Assembly (NCBI GenBank): GCA_963702435.1
Contig: CAVPCR010000001.1
Span: forward strand, 256,001-320,000
DNA from: Candidatus Eiseniibacteriota bacterium
GTDB taxonomy: Bacteria; Eisenbacteria; RBG-16-71-46; CAVPCR01
Direction of reading: 5' to 3'
DNA: 64,000 nt
A model generated the notes under the pieces. That model saw only the letters and a list, made by a program, of their open reading frames with translations. It did no database searches and was not told the DNA's origin. The position numbers and the translations under genes were made by a program. Of this stretch, positions 51,431-60,000 are shown one piece after another (positions within the stretch are counted from its first letter, which is position 1; every line of letters begins with the position of its first letter).

Positions 51431-51841
51431 TCACCCGGGAAGCCGGCTGGCGGGAGGCTCCCAGAGCTCGATGCGATGGCCTTCGGGATCCATCACCCAG
51501 CCGAATCGACCGAACTCCGAGGTCTCCGTCCGCTCGTCCACCGCACAGCCCTCCGCGCGCAGGGCCGAGAGCACCGCATCGAGGTCGCGCACCCGGTAGT
51601 TGATCATGAAGGGAGCGCTGCTCGGAGCGAAGTACGTTGAATCTGCCGGGAAGATGCTCCACACGGTGGCCCCATCCGGCTCCGGCGCGCCGGCATTATG
51701 CCAGCGGAAGGCGAGGCCTCCCCACTCCTGGATATCGAGGCCGAGATGGCGACGGTACCACGCGCGGAGGGCATCGGGATCGCGGGCCTTGAAGAAGATG
51801 CCCCCGATTCCGGTGACGCGCTGTCTCGGTGTCTCGTCCAT
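51431..51841 (-). CDS. VOC/glyoxalase family protein
   Basis: RVTGIGGIFFKARDP, FMINYRV, FGWVMDPEGHRIELWEP; AAGGAG RBS. Confidence 0.92.
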   Translation of the reverse strand: MDETPRQRVTGIGGIFFKARDPDALRAWYRRHLGLDIQEWGGLAFRWHNAGAPEPDGATVWSIFPADSTYFAPSSAPFMINYRVRDLDAVLSALRAEGCAVDERTETSEFGRFGWVMDPEGHRIELWEPPASRLPG

Positions 51842-51979
51842 GTAGGCTCCTTCGGATACATGTCGATGTGCCGGCGATGAAGCGATCGGCGGCGCTCGGT
51901 GCGCCGCGGACATGTGCAGTGTAACGGGTTCGCCTGCGATCGGTGCGAGGATACCGGCTTCCGCTCATGGTCCCTCCCC

Positions 51980-54187
51980 TCACGTGGTCTCCGCGTCGGC
52001 GCGCCGGCGGAGGGAGCGGCGCCAGTCGGCGAGGGCGGTGCGGGCGGTGTCGTCCGAGACGCGGCGCTCGCCGAGGTAGGCGGCGAAGGCGCGGCCGGTA
52101 GCGGGATGGATGCCGAGACGCGCGATCAAGTGATCGGGGGCGAGCCCGCCGAGCTCGACGGTGCCCTGGTGGATGGCGGGGCGATGGTGGCCGGCGCAGA
52201 CGGTGGTGCGGTTGGCGGGGTGGTCGGAGCCGCCGCGGCTCCTGAAGTGGAGGTGGTGATCCTCGAGGTGGGCGTGGCCGGTGCAGCCGGGGCTGGTGCA
52301 GAGGAAGCCGTCGCGGCAGAGGACGGGATGGGCGCGGCGGTGGCGGTCGCAGATCTCGGGTCCGCTGTGGGTGTCGAGGAAGTGGCAGAGGAGGAGCTCG
52401 AGGTAGACCCAGGAGGGGCGGAGCGGATCGGCCTGGCTCAGCCGGCAGCGCAGGAGCGCGGAGAGGGCGAGGTCGAGGACGTCGGGCGGGAGGAAGAAGC
52501 GGATGGTGGCGAGGCAGCGCTCCTGGGGGAGGAGGGCGAGGTCGGCAGGGAAGCCGGCGATCGCGGGAAGGCCGCGCGGGGTGGTGGGCGGGAGCGGGTA
52601 GCCGAGGGGAACGTCGGGGGGGACGGTGGTGTCGCCGGCGGCCGCGGTCGCGTCAAACGCTGTCGGGTCATGTGAAGTGGTGGAGTCGTCCGGGCCGGCC
52701 GCCGCGGTCGCCGCGGTCGCCCCGCCCGCCTCGGCCGCCGCGGTCGCGTCAAACGCTGTCGGGTCATGTGAAATCTTGGTGCTGTTCGCCCCGGGGTCCT
52801 CCCTCCTTTGCGCAAAGCCCATGGCGATGAGACCGTCGGCCCACGAGGCGAGCACGCTCTCGTCGGCGCCCGGCAACGCGAACAGCCGCGCGAACTCGGT
52901 CACCCGCTCGATCTCGCGATAGGTGAGGCGGGCCGCCCAGTTCACCCACAGCTCCTCGGTGGTCTCGTGCAACAGAGGTAACAAGAGCAAAGCCGCGGTG
53001 TACGAGAGCTCGCCGGCGCGATGCGCGGCGCGCACCTCGGGGAAGCGCTCGAGGCCATGGTGGAAGCGGACGAGCCGCTCGGCCTGGCGGAGGCCGAAGC
53101 CCAACCGCTCCTCGCAGTAGGTCGTGAAGTCGGCGAAGCCGAGCTGGGCCCACAGGAGCGCGCCGTGGAGCCGGGCGAGGCGGCGGGCGATCTCGGTCCG
53201 CAGGCGGCTCTGGTAGCGCGCGATGCGGACGAGGGTCTCCCCGAGCACCCAGGGATCGGCGGCGGGATCGATCACGCAGTCGGGCGGCAGCACGTCGGCG
53301 GGCACGGTCCACTGGACGCGCGGGAAGCGGGCGGCCGGCGGCGCCTCCTCTTCCGGCACCGTGGGCCGCTCGCGCCGCGGCTTCTTGTGCGCCTGCGCGT
53401 TCATCGCGGCCATCAGGTCGGCGATGAGGCGCTGGCGCGCGGCGTCGGCGATCGCGGCCCCGAGCAGGTCGGGCTCCGGATCCGGTCGGTCACCGCCGGT
53501 GGCGGCGAGGTACTCGGCGAAGATGAGCTCGGCGGCCTGGCCCTGCCGCAGGTGCTCGCCCGCGGTGGCGCGGGCCACGGCGACCGTCTCCTGCCAGAGG
53601 ACGCCGATGCGCGCGGGCGCGGGGATCATCATCCAGCCGCCATCGGGCGCCGGGTCCATGCCCTCGGCCGCCTTCTCTTCCGTGACTTCTTCCTTCTCCC
53701 CCCGCTCCGCCCTCGCCGTGCGCACGCGCCGCTCAAGCGCGCGGAAGGTGAGCCCCGTCGCCGCCGCGATCCAGCGCGCGCTCTCCTCAGCTGAAGTCTC
53801 CGCCGTCACCACCGCCGCCAGCTCGAGCACGTGCGATGCGCTCAGCCGCCCCCCGACGAACGCTTGATCGAGCACCGGGGTCGCCTCCAGCACCCGCCCG
53901 AGCCGCGCCAGTCGCCGCGCCGTCCCTTCCTCGATCCCCACATGCTCGCGCACGAAGTCGATCGCCCGCACGTAGCCGAGCGGCCGATAGCGCTCCCCGT
54001 CCCACAAAGCGGCGAGACCGCGCGCGAGCTCCCGCTCCGCACGCGCCTCGGCATGCACGAGCGCCCACAGCTCGCGATCGAGCGCGCGCGCTGCCCACAG
54101 CGCCGGCGCGGGCGAGAGCACCTCCCGCTGCGGGTCGCCCGCGAACTCCCCCGGCTCCCATCGCCGTTCGACCGGTCGCACGGACAC
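51980..54187 (-). CDS. HNH endonuclease with a duplicated DUF222-like helical N-terminal region
   Basis: C-terminal RDGFLCTSPGC...EDHH...SRGGSDHPANRTTVCAGHH. Likely start is GTG 54187 after GGGAAGGG; the ORF is open to 54295. Confidence 0.85.
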   Translation of the reverse strand: MSVRPVERRWEPGEFAGDPQREVLSPAPALWAARALDRELWALVHAEARAERELARGLAALWDGERYRPLGYVRAIDFVREHVGIEEGTARRLARLGRVLEATPVLDQAFVGGRLSASHVLELAAVVTAETSAEESARWIAAATGLTFRALERRVRTARAERGEKEEVTEEKAAEGMDPAPDGGWMMIPAPARIGVLWQETVAVARATAGEHLRQGQAAELIFAEYLAATGGDRPDPEPDLLGAAIADAARQRLIADLMAAMNAQAHKKPRRERPTVPEEEAPPAARFPRVQWTVPADVLPPDCVIDPAADPWVLGETLVRIARYQSRLRTEIARRLARLHGALLWAQLGFADFTTYCEERLGFGLRQAERLVRFHHGLERFPEVRAAHRAGELSYTAALLLLPLLHETTEELWVNWAARLTYREIERVTEFARLFALPGADESVLASWADGLIAMGFAQRREDPGANSTKISHDPTAFDATAAAEAGGATAATAAAGPDDSTTSHDPTAFDATAAAGDTTVPPDVPLGYPLPPTTPRGLPAIAGFPADLALLPQERCLATIRFFLPPDVLDLALSALLRCRLSQADPLRPSWVYLELLLCHFLDTHSGPEICDRHRRAHPVLCRDGFLCTSPGCTGHAHLEDHHLHFRSRGGSDHPANRTTVCAGHHRPAIHQGTVELGGLAPDHLIARLGIHPATGRAFAAYLGERRVSDDTARTALADWRRSLRRRADAETT
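52641..52772. repeat. 36-bp perfect direct repeat within the HNH gene linker
   Basis: GCCGCGGTCGCGTCAAACGCTGTCGGGTCATGTGAA at 52641-52676 and 52737-52772, encoding SHDPTAFDATAA twice. Confidence 0.92.
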
Positions 54188-54449
54188 GGCACAGCCCTTC
54201 CCGGCCGCGAACGCCCGCTCCCGCACGAAGCGGCAGCGCTCGCGGCACCCACGCGTCGCCCGGACCCGAGACGGGGCCAGGGCGCGCAAAAGCACGATGT
54301 CGGGGTCGATCGGGGCGGCGCGCGCGGGGTCGGAAGGGGCGCGCCGCCCGGGTTCACTTGAGCTTCGGCCTATCGGTCCAGAGGAGGAGGGGGCCGCGGC
54401 GGGAAGGTGGGCGAGGCGAGGGCGCGGCCCGAAGCTCCTCTATGGCTTG

Positions 54450-54478
54450 AACCTAGCGGGGCGGCCCGCGCCTGTCAA
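54450..54478 (-). promoter_or_regulatory. Sigma70 promoter upstream of the HNH gene leader
   Basis: TTGACA (54478-54473)-N17-TAGGTT (54455-54450), with an AT-rich tract upstream. Confidence 0.7.
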
Positions 54479-54570
54479 TACAAAAGTGTAGCCCAGGCCG
54501 ATTTTTTTCAGTGCTCGTCCCAGCCCCGTCCGCCTAGCCACCGGCCCGCCGCGGCTACCCGACCGCCGGC

Positions 54571-55269
54571 TCAGTTGAGGGAGCCCCGAGGACTTGGGCC
54601 CGGCCGCCGCGCATGCACCCGTCGAGCCGCACCGCGCCCCATGTCCGCATCGAGAACCGCGCTCGGCCGATGCGGATCGATGATGTCGGAGATCCCGCAT
54701 TCAGCGAACAGCGCGAGCAATGTCTCGGTCCCCTCGTGCAGCTTCACCCGGAGTTCCTCCCCGTAGAGAGGAATGACTGTCAGGAAGCTGATCTTCCGTT
54801 CGCTCGGTCCCCTCATCGTGCTGAACCGCGCCGGCAACATTGGCGAGTGACGCAGGAGCGCCGCGGTCAGCCGGGTCCCGGGTGCGTACGGTCGCGGCGG
54901 ATCTTCGGCATCGCCGATCGAGTGCCCGCAGCCTAACCAGGTCTTGTTCCGGTGCGGGTAGCGTGCGAGGTCCGTGAGCATGCGGACCGGCCAGCAGTGC
55001 CGCTCGGACGACAGCAGCCAGCCGGGATGAAGGAGCGCCACCAGTTCGGCATAGCGCCAGCAGAAGGCCGCTTCCGGAGTCCTCATCGGAAGTTCGCTCA
55101 TTCCCGACGTGACGAGCAGATCGAAGGGCCGCCGCCTCGAAGCAGGAACGTAGTGCACATCGATGTGCAGCGCGTCCGACTCGAGTTCGTGGAAGACGAA
55201 CGCGATCTTGCCGACGCGGCGCTCGATGTGCCCGCAGATCGCCGCGATCAGGGAAACGTCACCAGGCAT
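54571..55269 (-). CDS. Suppressor-of-fused (SUFU) domain protein
   Basis: VFHELESDALHIDV, LVTSGMSELPM, LARYPHRNKTWLGCGH, VIPLYGEEL. Confidence 0.88.
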   Translation of the reverse strand: MPGDVSLIAAICGHIERRVGKIAFVFHELESDALHIDVHYVPASRRRPFDLLVTSGMSELPMRTPEAAFCWRYAELVALLHPGWLLSSERHCWPVRMLTDLARYPHRNKTWLGCGHSIGDAEDPPRPYAPGTRLTAALLRHSPMLPARFSTMRGPSERKISFLTVIPLYGEELRVKLHEGTETLLALFAECGISDIIDPHRPSAVLDADMGRGAARRVHARRPGPSPRGSLN

Positions 55270-55732
55270 GGTCCCACTCCCTGGTCGCCCGACCCACGAG
55301 GCTTCCGACCCCCGGCCTGCTTGCGGCGATGACGATGATGACAACGCCGATGGCACTCGCCGTGCCGAATCACGCCTCACCACGTGGCCGCATGCACGGA
55401 ACATGCCACGGGGGTCAGACAAGTCGCGTCAGCGAACGCCGGGAGCGATCGCCGGCAGCGGAGCCGCGGAGCACGCGACACGAACAGCCCGGCCTTTCGC
55501 ACGGCGCTTGCCTTCTCGCTCGGCAGCCTCTCGATCCCGGACGGCTCCTCCTCCTCCTGGATTCGCCGGGTCGATCTCGAAGTGCCGAGCGCCGATGACG
55601 GACTCACCGTGGATGACTTCTCGATGACACCGTTGCCGTCCAGCGCGGCGCTCGAGGATCCTTCGCCAATGGCCGGCGCGACGTGGCGCGCGATCAGGAA
55701 GCTCTATCGCAGGAAACGCGAAGACACGCGGG

Positions 55733-56266
55733 TCACGCCATGCGGGTGCGCAGCTGATCGATCCGACTGCGGAGCGGAGAACCGGGAGTCGCTCCGACCT
55801 GGTCGGTGAGGATCTCCGCCGCCCGGAAGGCGGCGCTTGCAGCGGCTCGATCGCCACCGCGCTCCTCCGCCTCGGCACGAGAGCAGAGGAGCATGGCCAG
55901 GTCGCCGAGCGTGGTTCTCTCCGGCTTCGCGGGGGCGCTTGCATCGCCACCCGCGGCGGCGCTCGCATCGTCTCCCGCAGCGGCGCTCGCATCGACTCCC
56001 GCGGCGGCGCTCGCATCATTCCCCGCGGCAGCGCCCCCCTCGCTGCTCGCGTCGACTCCCGCATCGACTCCGGCCCCCGGCGACGCGGTCCCGGCGCGCT
56101 GGAGATCGCGGCTGAACCCGGCGATCCGCGCGACGTCACGGAGGGCCGTCACGGAGAGATGCTCCTCGGAGTCAAGCGCGCTCGACTCGGCCCCCGCCCA
56201 GTCGATCGTCTTCCCATCGAGAACTCTCGCGATCAGCTCGTTCAGACGATCTGCATCACCGCTCAT
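55733..56266 (-). CDS. ECF-sigma partner-like protein; resembles the N-terminus of ECF-associated Ser/Thr kinases but has no kinase domain
   Basis: Start overlaps the ECF gene end by 11 bp; LIARVLDGKTIDW...LRDVARIA, then a repeat linker and a short helical tail. Confidence 0.6.
   Translation of the reverse strand: MSGDADRLNELIARVLDGKTIDWAGAESSALDSEEHLSVTALRDVARIAGFSRDLQRAGTASPGAGVDAGVDASSEGGAAAGNDASAAAGVDASAAAGDDASAAAGGDASAPAKPERTTLGDLAMLLCSRAEAEERGGDRAAASAAFRAAEILTDQVGATPGSPLRSRIDQLRTRMA
55935..56030. repeat. 24-bp imperfect tandem repeat, 4 copies (AAAGxDAS)
   Basis: GCGCTCGCATCGNCTCCCGCGGCG-like units at 55935, 55959, 55983 and 56007. Confidence 0.85.
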
Positions 56267-56846
56267 GACCCATGCCCTCCGCGAGCGACTTGAGCGCGCG
56301 CCGTACGGCCATGCGCGCTGCGTCCCCGCTCGGGCGATCGGTCATCGCGGCGATCTCCTCGTAGTCGAAGTCGAGCTCGATGCGCAGGTGAATCAGCTGC
56401 TGCGCCTCTGGGGGCAGGCACTCGAGCGCTCGTTCATAGCGGTCCAGCACGTCGGCTCCGATCGCGGCCTCGAGGGGCGAGGGTAACGAGTCTTCCAGGA
56501 ACTCGGGCACGCCGTCCGGGCCCGGCCGGCGCCGGGCCCAGCGGATCTGATCTCGAATACGATTGAGAACCGCTTGCCGAACATAGGCCTGGAAGCCGCT
56601 CGCACCGCGAACCTCCACCCCCGCGAGACCCTCGATCACTCTGAGCAGTGTCTCCTGCACGAGATCCACGGTATCGACGAGCGACCGAGCATAGGGAGGC
56701 AGCCGGCCGCTCGCCCACCGCTCGAGGCGCGGCAGGTACCGCGCCATGAGCGCGTCGAGGGCAGCGGGATCCCCGTCCTTGGCGCGCAGGAGCAGCTCCG
56801 ATGTGAGGAGCAAGTCTGGTGATGGAGGATGGCCGGGAGTGGACAT
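56256..56846 (-). CDS. ECF sigma-70 factor
   Basis: Sigma2 DLVQETLLR...FQAYVRQAVLNRIRD; sigma4 YEEIAAMTDRPSGDAARMAVRRALKSL. Confidence 0.93.
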   Translation of the reverse strand: MSTPGHPPSPDLLLTSELLLRAKDGDPAALDALMARYLPRLERWASGRLPPYARSLVDTVDLVQETLLRVIEGLAGVEVRGASGFQAYVRQAVLNRIRDQIRWARRRPGPDGVPEFLEDSLPSPLEAAIGADVLDRYERALECLPPEAQQLIHLRIELDFDYEEIAAMTDRPSGDAARMAVRRALKSLAEGMGHER

Positions 56847-57092
56847 GGGTGCCAGGGATCGCTCCGCACCGGTGTGCGGTCGCCGGGGGTGATCGCGAGA
56901 TTCGACCAATGGGCATCCAGTATGGACCGGAGCCCCGATCTCCGCCAGAGGCCGGAGGCCACCCGGGCCGCCCCCCTCTCCGTTCGTTCTTCGGTCCTTT
57001 GACGTATTCAGAGGGACAGACGTGACGAGGCCCGCCGCCCTGGATAGGGCCGCGTCAGAACCAATGCTGGAAGGACACATCTGGAAGGACGC

Positions 57093-60000
57093 ATGAAGAT
57101 AGCGATCTCCACGGTGAGGCTCCGGGGAACCATGGTCACCGCCGATGCCGCGCGTGTCATCGTCGCCACTTGCGCCCCGCGCGCCACTTGCGCCCCGCGT
57201 GCCACCCGCCCCCCGCGTGCCACCCGCGCCCCGCGTGCCACCCGCGCCCCGCGTGCCGCCCGCGCCCCGCGTGCCACCCGCGCCCCGCGCGCCACCCGCG
57301 CCCCGCGCGCCACCCGCGCCCCGCGCGCCACCCGCGCCCCGCGCGCCACCCGCGCTGCCTCTGTCGCCCGCGCCGCCACGGCGGTCGCCCTGCTTGCTTC
57401 CGCCCTGGTCATCGCCTTCGCTCTGCCGGCCCTGGCGCGCCCGGCGGCCGACCGGATCAGCTCGAGGGCAGGTGCCGATGGCGGATGGTGGCAGTCGATC
57501 GCGCGGAACATGGCGGCTGCGGAGTACCGCGCTGCCCCGGGCCCCACGGGACTCGAGGCCCGCAACAGGGCCCAGAACCTGCGCACGCTCTTTCAGGACT
57601 CGGAGATCGCGATCTCCCCGCGGGAGGATGCGGCGACCGCGGCCTGGCGCGTGGCGTGGCGACTGACCCGGGTGGGCCGGCCCGGCGCGATGACTGCGGC
57701 CGGTCCCGCCGCTCCGAGCACGGACGGGACGCGCATCGATTACCGGCGGGCCGGGCTCGTCGAGTGGTACGAGAACAGGCCGGAAGGAGTGAAGCAGGGG
57801 TTCGACATGCTGGCCGCACCCGCCGGCGCCGGCCCCCTGCACCTCGAAGGAGAGCTCGCGAGCGATCTCCTTCCCGTGTTCCGAGCCGAGGACGATGTGA
57901 TCGACTTCTTCGATGCAGACGGCGCGTGCGTGTTCAGCTACTCGGGGCTCGAGGTCTGGGACGCGACCGGGCGCCCGCTACCCGCAGCGCTCCTCTTCAC
58001 CGGCACGGCGCTCCTGATCCGGGTCGACGACCGGGACGCGACGTATCCCGTCACCGTCGACCCGCTCATGACCTCGCCCGCGTGGACCCGCGAGGGGAAC
58101 CAGCTCGGCGCCGGCTTCGGCGTGTCGGTGGCCACGGCCGGGGATGTGAACCGCGACGGCTACTCCGATGTCATCGTCGGTGCCCAGTACTACGACAATG
58201 GGGAGGCCAATGAGGGCCGGGCTTTCCTGTACCTCGGCTCCCCGACCGGACTCGCGACGACTCCATCCTGGACGGCCGAATCGAATCAGGCCGATTCCAG
58301 GCTCGGCTGCTCGGTGGCGACCGCGGGCGACGTGAACGGCGACGGCCACGCCGATGTCATCGTCGGGGCGTCCCAATGGGACAATGGGCAGAACGAAGAG
58401 GGCCGGGCCTATGTGTACCTCGGCACGGCCGCGGGGCTTGCACCCACGCCGGCGTGGACCGCGGAGCCAAACCTCGCCACCGCCTACTTCGGCTCGGCCG
58501 TCGCCACCGCCGGTGACGTGAACGGTGACGGCTACTCCGATGTCATCGTCGGGGCACCCATCCATAACGGGCAGGCGGGGTTCGCCTCGGTCTACCTCGG
58601 CTCCGCCGCCGGCATCGCCGCGACCCCCGCCTGGACCGGCAATTCAGGACAGGGAGGAAGCTGGTACGGAGGCTCGGTAGCCACGGCCGGTGACGTGAAC
58701 GGTGACGGCTACTCCGATGTCATCGTCGGCGCCGACTCGTATGACAATGGGCAAACGAACGAGGGCCGTGCCTTCCTCTACCTCGGCTCGGCGACCGGAC
58801 TCCCTAACCTCTCGGCGTGGAAGGCCGAGTCGAACGTCACCGGCGCGCACTTCGGCGGGTCCGTGGCCGGGGCCGGCGATGTGAACGGGGACGGCTTCGC
58901 CGATGTCGTTGTGGGCGCGGGCCAGTACGGGAATGGTCAGTCCCTCGAGGGCGCTGCCTTCCTGTACCTCGGCTCGGCCGGCGGGCTCGCGACCACCGCT
59001 TCATGGACCGTCGAATCGAACCAGATCGGCGCCCACCTTGGCGACAAGGTGGCCGCGGCCGGCGACGTGAACGGCGATGGCTACGCCGATGTCATCGTCG
59101 GCGCGCCCGAGTACGACAACGGGCAGACCGACGAGGGCAAGGTGTTCGTCTATCTCGGCGGGTCCGGGGGTCTACCCACCATTCACACCTGGACCGCGGA
59201 GCCGGACCAGGCCGATGCGAAGTACGGATCCTCCGCGGCCACGGCCGGCGACGTGAACGGCGACGGCTTCTCCGATGTCATCGTCGGCGCCGATCGGTAC
59301 GACAACGGCGAAGATGGCGAAGGGCGGGCGTTCGTTTACCACGGCTCGGGAGGAACCACATCCGACCGCCCGCGGCTATTCATGTCCTCGCCCCAGGCCA
59401 ACTCGTTCCTCGGCGGCGCGGTGGCCGGCGCCGGCGACGTGAACGGCGACGGCTACGGCGATTTCGTCTGCGGTGCCGCCAACTACGACAACGGACAGAC
59501 CGACGAGGGCGGGGCGTTCATCTACGTCGGCGAACCCGACGACGCTTCCTTGCAGCGGATCGTCGAACCCAATCAGGCCGACGCCCACTTCGGGTGGGCA
59601 GCGGCCGGTGCCGGCGACGTGAACGGCGACGGCTTCACCGATGTCATCGTCGGCGCCCCCGACTACGATAACGGTCAGTCGAACGAGGGGCGAGCCTACG
59701 TCTATCTCGGCTCTGCCACCGGGATCGCGGCTACACCCGCCTGGACCGCCGAGCCGAACCAGGCCGAGGCGCATTTCGGGTGGAGCGTGGCGAGCGCCGG
59801 CGACGTGAACGGCGACGGGTATGCCGATGTGATCGTCGGCGCCTACCAGTTCGACAACGGAACGGAGGATGAGGGACGCGCCTTCGTCTATCACGGCTCG
59901 GCCACCGGGCTCGCGACGACGCCGGCGTGGACCGGCGAGTCGAACCAGCAGATCGCCTCGTTCGGATACTCCGTGGCGAGCGCGGGTGACGTGAACGGCG

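Noticed and set aside
42662..51841. Integron cassette array
   Set aside because: No GTTRRRY/RYYYAAC-bounded attC palindromes seen, several genes overlap (ATGA), and there is no intI.
51980..54295. IscB/Cas9-like OMEGA nuclease or IS element
   Set aside because: No PLMP or split RuvC motifs visible, and no terminal inverted repeats or target duplications found.
55270..55730. Coding sequence between the SUFU gene and the ECF partner gene
   Set aside because: No frame gives a recognisable product or has a convincing RBS; possibly a degraded remnant.
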